Source: an uncultured Acidobacteriaceae bacterium | GTDB taxonomy: Bacteria > Acidobacteriota > Terriglobia > Terriglobales > Acidobacteriaceae | Assembly: GCA_963763145.1 (NCBI GenBank) | Contig: CAVXMZ010000010.1 | Span: 22,141 to 86,140, forward strand | Direction: 5' to 3' | Length of the DNA: 64,000 nt | Shown: piece after piece, positions 52,970 to 62,896 of the stretch | Layout of the letters: every line of letters starts with the position of its first letter | Position numbering within the stretch: the first letter of the stretch is position 1 | Notes under the pieces: model-generated | Database searches by the model: none | Seen by the model: the letters and a program-made list of their open reading frames with translations, nothing else | Told to the model about the DNA's origin: nothing | Program-made: the position numbers and the translations under genes

Positions 52970-55654
52970 ATGACATCCGGTTTTACCAATTTCCCCAGGA
53001 TATCTACCGCAACACCCTGTTGGCAAAGGCTAAAGCTCTGGTCGGCATTCATGTTTCTTGGACTTCTGCTCGCGACGCCGTTGTCCGCGACGGTTAACCC
53101 CGGTGAGATCGTTCAGAACACCGTATCGGCGACCATCGGCACCACCTACGACCCGGTAAACGGCGTATCGGTTACCTTCCAGTGGCAGACGCTCCACCCA
53201 GGTAACTCGATCGTGGTCATTGAAAACGACCTGGATTACCAGGGAAATGACAATTCCTCGTCGCGGCAAATCGTTCAGAACGACTTTACGACCAACCATG
53301 TCGTCGTCGTCGATCATTTCCCGGCATACAGCATTGACCCGACTTGGGGTTTCTATGTTGCGAGTCAGGTATTTCACCAGCGCTGCAATATCGCGAGGGA
53401 GGCTACGTGCCCTATCTGGGCGACCTACCCGGGGCCGAACAATTACCTTCCCTTGCCCGCCCCACCTTTAGCCTACCCGACTAATCCCACCAATCCCAGC
53501 GGAGCTCTCGTGTTCAGCATGTGGCCAGTCGGAGGCCAGAACGTCTATCAAGGCGATCCCACGCAATCGCCCGCTTGCACTCCTACCTCGAAGAGCTCGC
53601 GTGAGTGCAACGATCTTTACGTGGCAACCCAGACGAATTTGCTCAGCGGCTCGCCGCAGGCGATCGTGCTCATGCAAAGTGTCGTGATCACAAATCTGGA
53701 TACAGGCCAGATTGTTACCGACAATAGCGTTACCGCTCAGTATCTTTGCGATCTGGACGCCCCTTGGAACCCTCCTCCGGCGGGCTGGGATGGAGACTAC
53801 AATTCAGCCAACGAGGCTTGTTCGAACGGGGCGGTCTACACTACCAACACGACCGTCCGGCTGCGAGTGAATTCTCAGGCCGTACCCGGACATTATCAGT
53901 TCATGGCTTTCTTCCAGGGGCAGCTGAACGGATTAAACACCGGCGCCGGAACGCAGATGACTTACAACTTCACGGTGCTGCCGACCGCGTCCTTTACGGC
54001 AACTCCGCCTACTACTTTCCCCGCGATTCCCGGGCGCACTACCTGGGAAACTAACATGGTGAACTTCAACGGCCCTGCGGGACGCGACAATGCGGACTTC
54101 TGGTGCACCAACGTTACCGATACAAATCCGTGGTGGAGCCTCGACAACGGTAACTTTTCCGGATACATGGACATTCCAGCCGGCTGGTATTTTGAAGCAT
54201 GGAACTATGACGGCGGGCGGGTCTACCAGCAAGTATTGGATTATGACGCGTATCACCAAATGCAGTACAAGTCGACCGATCCTGACGAATGGCATCGCTG
54301 CACTGAACTAGCGATGGAACCCTACAAAGACACCGTAATCGGGACCAACGGCGGATTCGCCCAGGAGCCCAATCAATTCCCCTTCGGTATGGCGATGAAC
54401 TACATGCGTACCGGGGATACTACCTACCAGGACGCTGTCTACCTGCTGGCCTTTAATCCAGGATACTTCTACTGGTACAGCGGAAGCGTTTACGCAGAAA
54501 GCGTTAGAGTGAGCGCCTACATGATGGATGACCGTCTGGCCAACGAAATCATTGGCGCGCAGCGCGACACAGCGTTTACCTTGCGCGCGGTCGACGTCAT
54601 GCTAGGTTATCTCGATCAGAGCTACAACCTTAGTCTAAGCAACCCGAACCAGCAGGAATATAATATTCATCCGTTTATGGTCGGGCTTGCGATGGAAGCT
54701 CTGATAACCTACTACGAGCTGGATCTGGCTGAAGGCAACACGCCGGACGCCAGGATACCACTGGAGATCAAGAAGGTCCTGGACTGGTGGCAAGCTACCC
54801 AATATGTTGCTTCCACCCATACCCTGGCGTATGGAGCTTACGACGTTCCACCCAGAAATCCACAGCTTGTCTCGGGCACTCTGTACCAGGCCACGGAGCT
54901 GAATGATCTGGTGGCTACTGCCTACGCTTGGTACTGGTACAAGACCGGCAACAATACTTACCTGACCGAAGGGGACGACCTGTTTTCCAATGTGTGGGAT
55001 AGCGCCGGAGGTCAAACCGGCGGAGGTGACAGCGGATGGACCTGGTCAGTGAAGGAATACAACCAGGTCTATAAATGGAGTTTCGACTATGTACGGTGGA
55101 GATCAGGTGCGAACCCGGATGGTACGCAGCCGCCTGTAGAAACCGTTCTGGCGGCGGCCAACCCTTATAGTGGGCCCTTGACTGACTACACCACGCCAGT
55201 GCAATTCTTTTGGACGCCGGCCCAGAATGGCCAAGTGGCCATGATTGATCCCAAACTCTCCGATTCGCTTAACACGGTGACTGTTACCCCTACCACCGCC
55301 ACAATTTACCTGAATGTGTTTAAGCCAAACACCACGATGCAGGTCTGGTATGGGACCGCAACTCCTCCCACCTGCAATATCAACAACCCGCAGCCGCCCT
55401 ACTGCATGCAACCGTATCCCAACTTCGGTTACTTGCAGATGCTAAACGCCAGCTACCCCTATCAGTCCCTGGTCACGACGGGAGTCCCAGACCAAATAGC
55501 TCTGAGTGAGGGGATTCCCAATATTTACGATGAGACCGTCACTATCACGGGGCTGACACCCGGCACCACATATCACTGGCGACCCCTGACAACCGATCCT
55601 TTAGGGAATATGGCAGCCTACACGGATCAAATGTTCACTACTTTGGCCCAGTAG
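52970..55654 (+). CDS. Large secreted protein of unknown function (about 894 aa); possibly polysaccharide-active, with Fn3-like terminal modules
   Basis: AAGGAG sits 8 nt before the ATG at 52970, and the N-terminus is signal-like. The central Trp/Tyr-rich region looks like an alpha/alpha toroid (a guess). The C-terminal TITGLTPGTTYHWRP is Fn3/PAP-N-like. GC content is visibly lower than in the flanks. Confidence 0.5.
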   Translation: MTSGFTNFPRISTATPCWQRLKLWSAFMFLGLLLATPLSATVNPGEIVQNTVSATIGTTYDPVNGVSVTFQWQTLHPGNSIVVIENDLDYQGNDNSSSRQIVQNDFTTNHVVVVDHFPAYSIDPTWGFYVASQVFHQRCNIAREATCPIWATYPGPNNYLPLPAPPLAYPTNPTNPSGALVFSMWPVGGQNVYQGDPTQSPACTPTSKSSRECNDLYVATQTNLLSGSPQAIVLMQSVVITNLDTGQIVTDNSVTAQYLCDLDAPWNPPPAGWDGDYNSANEACSNGAVYTTNTTVRLRVNSQAVPGHYQFMAFFQGQLNGLNTGAGTQMTYNFTVLPTASFTATPPTTFPAIPGRTTWETNMVNFNGPAGRDNADFWCTNVTDTNPWWSLDNGNFSGYMDIPAGWYFEAWNYDGGRVYQQVLDYDAYHQMQYKSTDPDEWHRCTELAMEPYKDTVIGTNGGFAQEPNQFPFGMAMNYMRTGDTTYQDAVYLLAFNPGYFYWYSGSVYAESVRVSAYMMDDRLANEIIGAQRDTAFTLRAVDVMLGYLDQSYNLSLSNPNQQEYNIHPFMVGLAMEALITYYELDLAEGNTPDARIPLEIKKVLDWWQATQYVASTHTLAYGAYDVPPRNPQLVSGTLYQATELNDLVATAYAWYWYKTGNNTYLTEGDDLFSNVWDSAGGQTGGGDSGWTWSVKEYNQVYKWSFDYVRWRSGANPDGTQPPVETVLAAANPYSGPLTDYTTPVQFFWTPAQNGQVAMIDPKLSDSLNTVTVTPTTATIYLNVFKPNTTMQVWYGTATPPTCNINNPQPPYCMQPYPNFGYLQMLNASYPYQSLVTTGVPDQIALSEGIPNIYDETVTITGLTPGTTYHWRPLTTDPLGNMAAYTDQMFTTLAQ

Positions 55655-55668
55655 TTCCTAATTCACCC

Positions 55669-55710
55669 TTTGGATGGATCCGTGGCCGAACCAACATGGA
55701 TCCATCCAAA
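55669..55710. terminator. Perfect 13-bp inverted repeat hairpin between convergent genes (possible bidirectional terminator or RNA-stabilising element)
   Basis: TTTGGATGGATCC (55669-55681), a 16-nt loop, and GGATCCATCCAAA (55698-55710). There is no flanking T/A tract. Confidence 0.4.
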
Positions 55711-55794
55711 CTCGAACTAAGCTGAGTTAACTGTACTAGTTCACTTCGGGGGAAAATACCGGGTAGAGTTCTGCGTGCCTGTCTTGACCGACCG

Positions 55795-56853
55795 CTATTC
55801 TGGCGCCACATCCAACACAACACTCTTGCGCCGTGGTATTAAGGCTGAGAGTCCAGTCAACCACCCTTCGAACTCTACGTCGCCGAGTCCGTCCTGATCA
55901 AGCAAGCGAGGTAACCGGAACGGGTCGCCGCCTTGTGTCGCTAAGTCGTGAACACAGGTTGTAGCTGACTCGACCCCAGCTTCTTTCAGCCAAGGGATGA
56001 AGTCGTCGCGGACCGCACCGCTCGGATAGCAGAAATGCACATGGTTTCCCGCTCCAGTCATTTCGGTGATGAGGTCGCGGTTTTGCTCGATTTCACCGAT
56101 AAATAAATCGCGGTCAAGAGGCGTGCGATGCCGGTGGGTGTGGAGTTGGAAGTCGACTCCTGCCCGGGCCATCGTCGCGACCTCTTCCGGGTTCATAAGC
56201 TGGAAAAGACGTTCTTTGCAAAAGGCTGAATAGTCGAAACCGATGGTGGTCGCCAATGCTGCGGCCAGGTCGTCCTTTTGCTTTCCAGAGAGATCATGTT
56301 GTTTGGCGTAGCTGTCGATCTTCCAGAGAAATGAAGTTCGGTCGGCCTCAGTCCGCAAGTCAAGCTGCTCCGGTAAATAGGGAAACGTCCGGTTGTCAAT
56401 GACCTGCGACTGTAGCTTCCACATCATATGTGCCAGGGCAAAGCGGAAAAGTGGCCGGCTGAAAAGACAATAATAGGTTGTCAAGTACACGGTCGCTGGA
56501 AAGCCATGCTTTTGCAAGACTGGGAAGGCATGCAGAGGGAAATCCGCCCATCCATCGTCGAATGTTATTGCCACAGTACGTGGTGGCAGCCGTTCTTGGT
56601 GGAGAAGCCGCAAAGCTTCCGACAGGCCGAGCACTTTGCATCCTGATTGCGCCAGCAGCTCCATCCGGCGCGCGAATACCTCTGGCGGCATGAACATTTC
56701 CGGATGCGACCCATGTTCTTCCCCTATAGAGATGCCGTGATAGCAAAGGATTAGCAGCCGCTGGCGGCGCCAATTACTGCGCGCTATCACCTGCGCCAAT
56801 CCCAGACCGTTGGTCGCCAGCAGTGCCCGTTTGATTCGCCGCAGTGGATTCAT
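55795..56853 (-). CDS. Polysaccharide deacetylase (NodB-homology, CE4-like) family protein
   Basis: VAITFDDGWADF (TFDDG motif), HTHRH, and a 352-aa ORF. Confidence 0.8.
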   Translation of the reverse strand: MNPLRRIKRALLATNGLGLAQVIARSNWRRQRLLILCYHGISIGEEHGSHPEMFMPPEVFARRMELLAQSGCKVLGLSEALRLLHQERLPPRTVAITFDDGWADFPLHAFPVLQKHGFPATVYLTTYYCLFSRPLFRFALAHMMWKLQSQVIDNRTFPYLPEQLDLRTEADRTSFLWKIDSYAKQHDLSGKQKDDLAAALATTIGFDYSAFCKERLFQLMNPEEVATMARAGVDFQLHTHRHRTPLDRDLFIGEIEQNRDLITEMTGAGNHVHFCYPSGAVRDDFIPWLKEAGVESATTCVHDLATQGGDPFRLPRLLDQDGLGDVEFEGWLTGLSALIPRRKSVVLDVAPE

Positions 56854-56899
56854 AGAGACTTATGTGTACTGAGAGGACGGGGTGCCTAAGCACCAACAA

Positions 56900-58621
56900 T
56901 CAGATGGGGTCCGCCGCGATTCTGATCCTAGCGGTGCCGAATCGTACCTCTCGAATAATACTATTCTGATATTTGAAACCTGCCTTTTCAATCAACTGTA
57001 GGGCTGCCCGATTGCCGGCCGGAACGGCGGTATAGACGAACCCGATACTTCCGATTGACGCCACGTCGTTCAAGATACCTTTCAGCACACGCGAGCAAAA
57101 GCCCTGTTGTCGATAGGAGGGATGAGTCCAAGTCTGCTCCAGCATGGCCGAGTTCGGCGGAAATTTGTACGCATTTTGCATTTCGGGAAGTAATGACCTG
57201 CCAGCCCGAGGAGTAATCCACGCATAGCTCACGAGGGCGTTGTCATGTACGATGGAATAAGAGTGGTCTCCAGATTCAATCCTGGACATAGCGCCACTGA
57301 AGAAGTTTTGCCTGGACGGGTTACTCTTATCAACAGGTCGATACTTTAACAAGTCCGGCAAACTATCTCGCCGTACGGTGTCGCTGGAGTTTGGGGCTGG
57401 GTTCGTCTGTGCACGATAAAGGCGTAGCTCGGTAGAGCTCCAGATACGGTCCTTGATGGATCTGAATAGAGAACGCAGTGACGAAATCGGATGGCTTGCT
57501 AAGGATCGCCCGCGCGATAGTTTCCGGTTATCCAGATGAAGGATGCCAGCTATTCTCTTGGCGACAGACCGGATCCCCGAGGACATGCGGTGTCGAGCCC
57601 AGGCCTTCCCGTCGAGAAATATCGATAGCACATACGCTTCATCGTAGCGCGTTGCGCGGTCATCCTTGTAGGCGTCGCCTCCGGGAGTGAGATCTAAGCT
57701 GGAGAACCCTTCTTGATGAAGCAACAATCCTAGTTGCAAGATGTGCAGTTTGCCCGGAGAGTGTTCGGCTAGAAATGGGGAGTGCCCGACTATTCCCAAA
57801 ATCACTTCGCTCTTGTTGCGAATGCCGATATGCGCGGCAGCCAGTTGCCGTCCTAGCGTCATGACGGTGACATGGAGTAATCCTTCCTGAGCCATCAACG
57901 CTTGGTAGAAAGCGCGCTTTTTGGGGTCCTCGCGGAATGGGCAACTGCCGTGGACCGCGCCGGTCCGGAAGTCGCAAAAATCTATAATTTCGTCATAGTA
58001 AGTATCGAGTTCGTCAGGTGTGTGCAATTCAAGGAAGCTAAGAGGTCCCTCGGCCTGAAGTTTTTCCAGTCTCCGCCGGTTTTTCTTCTTATTAAGTGAG
58101 TCGCGGACCGCTTCTATATTGTCCACGGCGAGTAGTGGCCTTCGCACCGCGCGCAGTGTGCTTCTGCGGTTCCAACCGTCCTGCAACCATTCCAACGGTG
58201 TGCCCGGCGGGAGGTAGGTGAAAGTCAACGAGGAGACGCCAAGCTGCTTTAACTGGCGCAGAGCCTCAATTATGAATGTCTGCTCGCCGGGCAAGGCCAG
58301 CCAGACGTGGTACTCGGCTTGGTGCGCTCCGGCAAAAGTGAGTTTGCCGCCGGCCCGTTCCGTGGCCAGAGCCATGAGGCCGTCCATCTCTCCCGTTGCG
58401 GCGTAGCGCACCAGGATCAGGGGACGGTAGACTTCTTCGTAGCACTGATACCACGTGCACGCGAACTCGGGTGTCTGGAGAGCGGTGCCCCACGGACAGT
58501 TGCGGGCCAAGGCCCTCCACTGCGCTTGAAATTCAGGTGATGCGATGACTGGGAGCGCCTCCGACCCGGAGTAGACCAGCAAAGGTGCGGCTTGGCAGGA
58601 AGCGACCGGCTGACTCGTCAT
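56900..58621 (-). CDS. Double acetyltransferase: CelD/BcsL-like (FemAB-type GNAT) domain plus a C-terminal GNAT domain
   Basis: The central region (LEKLQAEGPLSF..., AAHIGIRNKSEV..., SPGKLHILQL) resembles CelD-like GNATs. The C-terminal QQGFCSRVLKGILNDV...NRAALQLIEKAGF is a GNAT acetyl-CoA motif-A-like block. The start at 58621 (MTSQPVAS) is preferred over the track start at 59002. Confidence 0.6.
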   Translation of the reverse strand: MTSQPVASCQAAPLLVYSGSEALPVIASPEFQAQWRALARNCPWGTALQTPEFACTWYQCYEEVYRPLILVRYAATGEMDGLMALATERAGGKLTFAGAHQAEYHVWLALPGEQTFIIEALRQLKQLGVSSLTFTYLPPGTPLEWLQDGWNRRSTLRAVRRPLLAVDNIEAVRDSLNKKKNRRRLEKLQAEGPLSFLELHTPDELDTYYDEIIDFCDFRTGAVHGSCPFREDPKKRAFYQALMAQEGLLHVTVMTLGRQLAAAHIGIRNKSEVILGIVGHSPFLAEHSPGKLHILQLGLLLHQEGFSSLDLTPGGDAYKDDRATRYDEAYVLSIFLDGKAWARHRMSSGIRSVAKRIAGILHLDNRKLSRGRSLASHPISSLRSLFRSIKDRIWSSTELRLYRAQTNPAPNSSDTVRRDSLPDLLKYRPVDKSNPSRQNFFSGAMSRIESGDHSYSIVHDNALVSYAWITPRAGRSLLPEMQNAYKFPPNSAMLEQTWTHPSYRQQGFCSRVLKGILNDVASIGSIGFVYTAVPAGNRAALQLIEKAGFKYQNSIIREVRFGTARIRIAADPI

Positions 58622-59042
58622 AACACCCTGAAGAAACTTGGCATTGCAGAAAAGCCATCGTTCCTGACGGTCCAGCTGTGGACCCGCCAGCAATAAGAAA
58701 TTGGGAACTAGATTTGTTGATTCCGGCACGCTGCCGCCGACTTTTCCGAGTCTAGCAGATTCGTGCCTGCGTCCTGGACGGGTCGGGAGAGGCTCGAACC
58801 CTGTGGCAATTCTGGGTGACGTGGCTTCGCCTTGACACTGACCTAAAGTGAATTTATGCTTATAGTTCGCCTTAGGGTGATCCCGCCCGTCTGTACCTGC
58901 CAGTGTTTTCCGTCCGGAGCTTGGCCTGCCAAAACGGGGTTTGTCCCGTGCCGGTTCTGCGCGGGACGAAACGGCTGAGATCCATTTCCAGCCGCTAGGC
59001 ATTGCGGGCGGTTTGATGAGACGGGTTGAGAACGGTGCTGAT

Positions 59043-59594
59043 ATGCTGATTCGTGTTCGGGAATTGGAACTCCGTAAGCTGGAGTTTGACGAAAACTATC
59101 AGCCCGGCGCCATCGAGTTTGGGCCCGACTTCCGTCAGGTTGGTCCGCTGCACAGCGACGGACGGGCTGAGTTGATCGTGGAGCATCGCGGTCACCATCA
59201 GGATGTTGAAGATATCAGACTGGTGGGCAAGGTCGAGGCGCATCTGGAGTTCAGTTGTGCGCGTTGCCTGGAGCCGGTAGTCGATGATGTGAATAGGGCC
59301 TTCGACCTGATCTACCGTCCGCTGGGCGTGGATCGCCGCGCCGACGAGGTCGCCATCAGCGAGGCGGAGACTGAGATCGGCTATTATCAGGGCGAAGGGC
59401 TGCTGCTGGAAGATGCTCTGCGGGAGCAGGTGCTGCTGTCCACGCCGGTAAGGGCCTTGTGCCGCGAAGATTGCAAGGGATTGTGTCCGCAATGCGGCCG
59501 CAATTTGAACGTTGAAGAATGTCATTGTGAACAGCATCTGAGCGATCCTCGCTGGGATGCATTGAGCGAGATCAAGAAGAAGCTGCAAAGCTAA
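59043..59594 (+). CDS. yceD: YceD/DUF177 family protein (large-subunit ribosome-associated)
   Basis: It sits in the canonical position upstream of rpmF-plsX. The Cys pairs CARCLEP and CKGLCPQCG are followed by an acidic C-terminus. Confidence 0.8.
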   Translation: MLIRVRELELRKLEFDENYQPGAIEFGPDFRQVGPLHSDGRAELIVEHRGHHQDVEDIRLVGKVEAHLEFSCARCLEPVVDDVNRAFDLIYRPLGVDRRADEVAISEAETEIGYYQGEGLLLEDALREQVLLSTPVRALCREDCKGLCPQCGRNLNVEECHCEQHLSDPRWDALSEIKKKLQS

Positions 59595-59642
59595 TTCCAA
59601 AGCTGCGATCGCCCTGTGCGGCGGTCTGGTTACGAGGTTATT

Positions 59643-59831
59643 ATGCCTAATCCGAAACGGCGCCATTCTCAGGCGCGCACCTCCAAACGCCGCTCGCACG
59701 ATCATCTGACGGCGCCGGGCTTGTCCGAATGCCCTAATTGTCACGAACGCAAATTGCCGCACCGCGCATGTGCCAAATGCGGGTACTATAAGGGCCGCGA
59801 GGTCATCGAGACCGAAGAAGCCACCAGCTAG
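59643..59831 (+). CDS. rpmF: 50S ribosomal protein L32
   Basis: MPNPKRRHSQARTSKRRSH...CPNCHERKLPHRACAKCGYYKGREV. Confidence 0.93.
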   Translation: MPNPKRRHSQARTSKRRSHDHLTAPGLSECPNCHERKLPHRACAKCGYYKGREVIETEEATS

Positions 59832-59988
59832 CTTTTTTCACCACAGAGGCACTGAGGACACCGAGAAAAGAATTGGGGAACGACCCCGTGTCTCCCGAGG
59901 AGATTTGGTCGCGTCCCGGCCAGGAACCTTAAGGAGTCAGTAACGCCCGGGTTCCCGTAGCCTCGAAAGTTGCAACTGCCAGGCAAGC

Positions 59989-61071
59989 ATGCCGACCATT
60001 ATTGCTGTTGACGCCATGGGTGCGGATCGAGCGCCCAAACCCGAAGTAGAGGGCGCCATTCTTGCCGCGCGCCACTATGACGTGGAAGTGGTGCTGGTCG
60101 GGAAAGAGGAAGTAATCAGCGCCGAACTGGACCTGCACCGTTTCTGGCGCCGGTTGCCGATCAGCATTGTCGGCGCGCGCGAAGTTATCGGCATGCAGGA
60201 AAAGGCGGCGCACGCCGTGCGCAGCAAGCGCGATTCCTCGTTGCGCGTGGGCCTGCGGCTGGTGCGCGACGGCCAAGCCGACGGCTTTGTCACTGCCGGC
60301 AATACCGGCGCCGCCATGGCGACCGCCAAGATGGTTTTGGGTGGTATTCCGGGCGTCGATCGTCCGGCACTGGCTGCGGTTTTTCCCACGGCACAGGGCA
60401 CTGCTACCATCCTCATCGACGTGGGCGCCAATGTCGATTCCAAGCCACAAAATCTTCAGCAGTTCGCCATCATGGGCGACATTTATTTCCGCTCCATTTT
60501 TTCCGGACGCTTCCCCAGCGCTGAAAATCCCCGCGTCGGTTTGCTCTCTATCGGCGAAGAAGAGAGCAAAGGCAACGACCTTACGCGCGAAGCCTACAAG
60601 CTGATCAAAGAGCTGCCGATGAATTTCGTTGGCAACGTCGAAGGCCGCGACCTCTATAACGGCAAGGCCGACGTCCTGGTGTGCGATGGCTTTGTGGGCA
60701 ATGTGGCGCTTAAGATTTCCGAAGGCATGGTGGAGACGGTGCGGTTTCTGTTGAAGCAGTCACTACAGGCAACGATCACCAGCCAGGTAGGATTCTTACT
60801 TTCGCGCAAGGCCTTCGCCGATTTCAAGAAGCGCCTCGACTACTCCGAATATGGGGGCGCGCCGCTTCTGGGCATCAAGGGCGTCTGCATCGTGAGCCAC
60901 GGGTCGTCGAACTCCAATGCCATCAAGAATGCGATCCGCGTGGCGATGGAGTACGCCAACAGCAAACTGAATCACACTATCGAAGAGCGCATCGCCGAGG
61001 CCAGCCGGAACCTCAATCACCAGCCCACGGAACCCGCCGCGGCCGACCCGCTACGACCAGGATTGGCATAG
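59989..61071 (+). CDS. plsX: Phosphate acyltransferase PlsX
   Basis: [42 protein letters not shown] and [11 protein letters not shown]. Confidence 0.92.
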   Translation: MPTIIAVDAMGADRAPKPEVEGAILAARHYDVEVVLVGKEEVISAELDLHRFWRRLPISIVGAREVIGMQEKAAHAVRSKRDSSLRVGLRLVRDGQADGFVTAGNTGAAMATAKMVLGGIPGVDRPALAAVFPTAQGTATILIDVGANVDSKPQNLQQFAIMGDIYFRSIFSGRFPSAENPRVGLLSIGEEESKGNDLTREAYKLIKELPMNFVGNVEGRDLYNGKADVLVCDGFVGNVALKISEGMVETVRFLLKQSLQATITSQVGFLLSRKAFADFKKRLDYSEYGGAPLLGIKGVCIVSHGSSNSNAIKNAIRVAMEYANSKLNHTIEERIAEASRNLNHQPTEPAAADPLRPGLA

Positions 61072-61072
61072 T

Positions 61073-62722
61073 CTATTGGACCGCGCCCGGTGCCGCATTC
61101 GCCGCCGCATGGAAGTATTGCCGCGCGCGTTCGGGATCTCCTAAATCGCCGTAAATGTGTCCCATGTTGATGAGCACCTGGCGTCTTTCGGCGGGAGACG
61201 CGGCCGGAGAGTCCAGCACTCGCTGATAATAATCGAGCGCCGGACGCAGGTTGCCATGCTGGTGCTCATAAAAGGCGAGTGTCAGACTGTCCCTTGTGTC
61301 GTGGGGATTTAGGCTTACCACTTTGGCTAGATGTTGCATTCCTTCTGCGGTTCTTCCGTTACCTATGAGGTCGAAAGCGACGCGGCCTTCGGTGAAGGGG
61401 TTGTCAGCGGAAACCTGTAGAGCGTGGGACCATAATGTCAGGTCGTCGCGCCAATAATTCACTTGGCGATAGGTCAAGACGGTAAGTGCGCCAAGAATTG
61501 CGGCACTGATGCCCGCCAGCACCGCGACCGAAACATGCCGCTGCTCGCACCATTCCGCTGCGCTCCAGCAGACCATAATGAACAGACCACAGAGGGGCTG
61601 ATAGGCATAACGATCGGCCATAGCCTGATCGCCAAAATCGATGATGCCGCTCATCGGAAGTAGACTGACGAGGAACCACAACCAGCCGACGAGGAGATAC
61701 CGGTGGCGCCTGGTGGACAGCACCAGGACCGTGATTGCAAACAATAGCGCTGCCGCCCCGGCAATTTGCCACACAGGAAGGGTGTTGCCGGGATGCGGAT
61801 AGTAAATACTTAACCATTGCGGCCAGAAAGCCTTCGCCAGATATCGCACGTAGGCGACTAGCGCGTTCGCGGTACGGATTGAGAGCGTATAGCTCCAATA
61901 GGACGTGCGAGCGGCCCCTTGTACGTGAAGGGTTATGGCTGCGTCGAGAAGCGCGATTACGAAAAGCGGCACTTTCTCCCTGACTAAGAAGAGGAAGCTT
62001 CTTGCCGGTTTGGGTGGAAGCCCATTGGTCCCTTCCACCACAGCTGACCCCTTGGCGAACATCCGCTGTAGCGGCCAGTAGTCCCATAGCAGCAGGACGA
62101 AGGGCAGCATGATGATTTGCGACTTGGCCATCAATCCGAGCGAATAGAACAGCGCTACAAGTAAGTAACGGCCGACACCCGGATTGGCAGCATACCGGCG
62201 GTAGCAGTCCATCGTTAGCAGCAGGAAGATCATGCTTAGCATGGTCTTTAGTTCTGCGACCCAAGCAACAGGCTCCACATTAATGGGATGCAGGGCGAAC
62301 AACGCCGCTACCATGAAGCTGCGGCCCAGAAAACCAGTCGCCTGCTTTAGCGTCCAGAGCAGGAGAACGGCGGCCAGTGCGTGAAGCCATACGTTGACGA
62401 TATGATGTCCGGCAGGTTCGCTCCCGAACAGCTGGAAATCCGCAGCATGAGCCAGCCAAGTAAGCGGAATCCAGTTGACCATGTCCGTGGCAGTGAAAGC
62501 CCACTTTACGGTTGACCAACGCAGGCCGCCATGGACATGAACATTGTCGACGACGTAGAAGTTGTCGTCCGCGGGCATGAAGGGATGGGTGTGCACCGGC
62601 CAATAAACTGCGACGGTAGCGCTGACCAGCAGGAGACTTAAGATGGCAAAATGTGCCGTCGACTCCTTAAATAGCGGTCGCGACCGGTCCGCTAGCTCGT
62701 CTTGCGCGGCGATGACAGCCAT
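61073..62722 (-). CDS. Integral-membrane GT-C-type glycosyltransferase-like protein (TMTC/PMT_2/DUF1736-like) with C-terminal TPR repeats
   Basis: There are about 10 hydrophobic segments. The N-terminal motif FMPADDNFYVVDN...GHHIVNVWLHAL...FALHPINVEPVAWV is typical of the TMTC-like family. The C-terminal TPR-like part includes AFYEHQHGNLRPALDYYQRVLD and NMGHIYGDLGDPERARQYF. Confidence 0.6.
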   Translation of the reverse strand: MAVIAAQDELADRSRPLFKESTAHFAILSLLLVSATVAVYWPVHTHPFMPADDNFYVVDNVHVHGGLRWSTVKWAFTATDMVNWIPLTWLAHAADFQLFGSEPAGHHIVNVWLHALAAVLLLWTLKQATGFLGRSFMVAALFALHPINVEPVAWVAELKTMLSMIFLLLTMDCYRRYAANPGVGRYLLVALFYSLGLMAKSQIIMLPFVLLLWDYWPLQRMFAKGSAVVEGTNGLPPKPARSFLFLVREKVPLFVIALLDAAITLHVQGAARTSYWSYTLSIRTANALVAYVRYLAKAFWPQWLSIYYPHPGNTLPVWQIAGAAALLFAITVLVLSTRRHRYLLVGWLWFLVSLLPMSGIIDFGDQAMADRYAYQPLCGLFIMVCWSAAEWCEQRHVSVAVLAGISAAILGALTVLTYRQVNYWRDDLTLWSHALQVSADNPFTEGRVAFDLIGNGRTAEGMQHLAKVVSLNPHDTRDSLTLAFYEHQHGNLRPALDYYQRVLDSPAASPAERRQVLINMGHIYGDLGDPERARQYFHAAANAAPGAVQ

Positions 62723-62896
62723 GAACCCACCTGTGTACAGAAGTATAGCGGGCTGGTACTAAACCCCGCGAGCTTCTGACCACAACGGAGACAAAGGACC
62801 AAGTTCCTTTGCGACTGTCAGGCAAACCTGACAGCGAAGCCGACTACTGGTGTGAGAGGATGTTAGATTGCATGCTTTACTAATTGAACCGACACG

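Noticed and set aside
58995-59762. 255-aa minus-strand ORF spanning yceD and rpmF.
   Set aside because: It is antisense to two well-supported conserved genes (YceD Cys motifs, L32 sequence). It is a shadow ORF.
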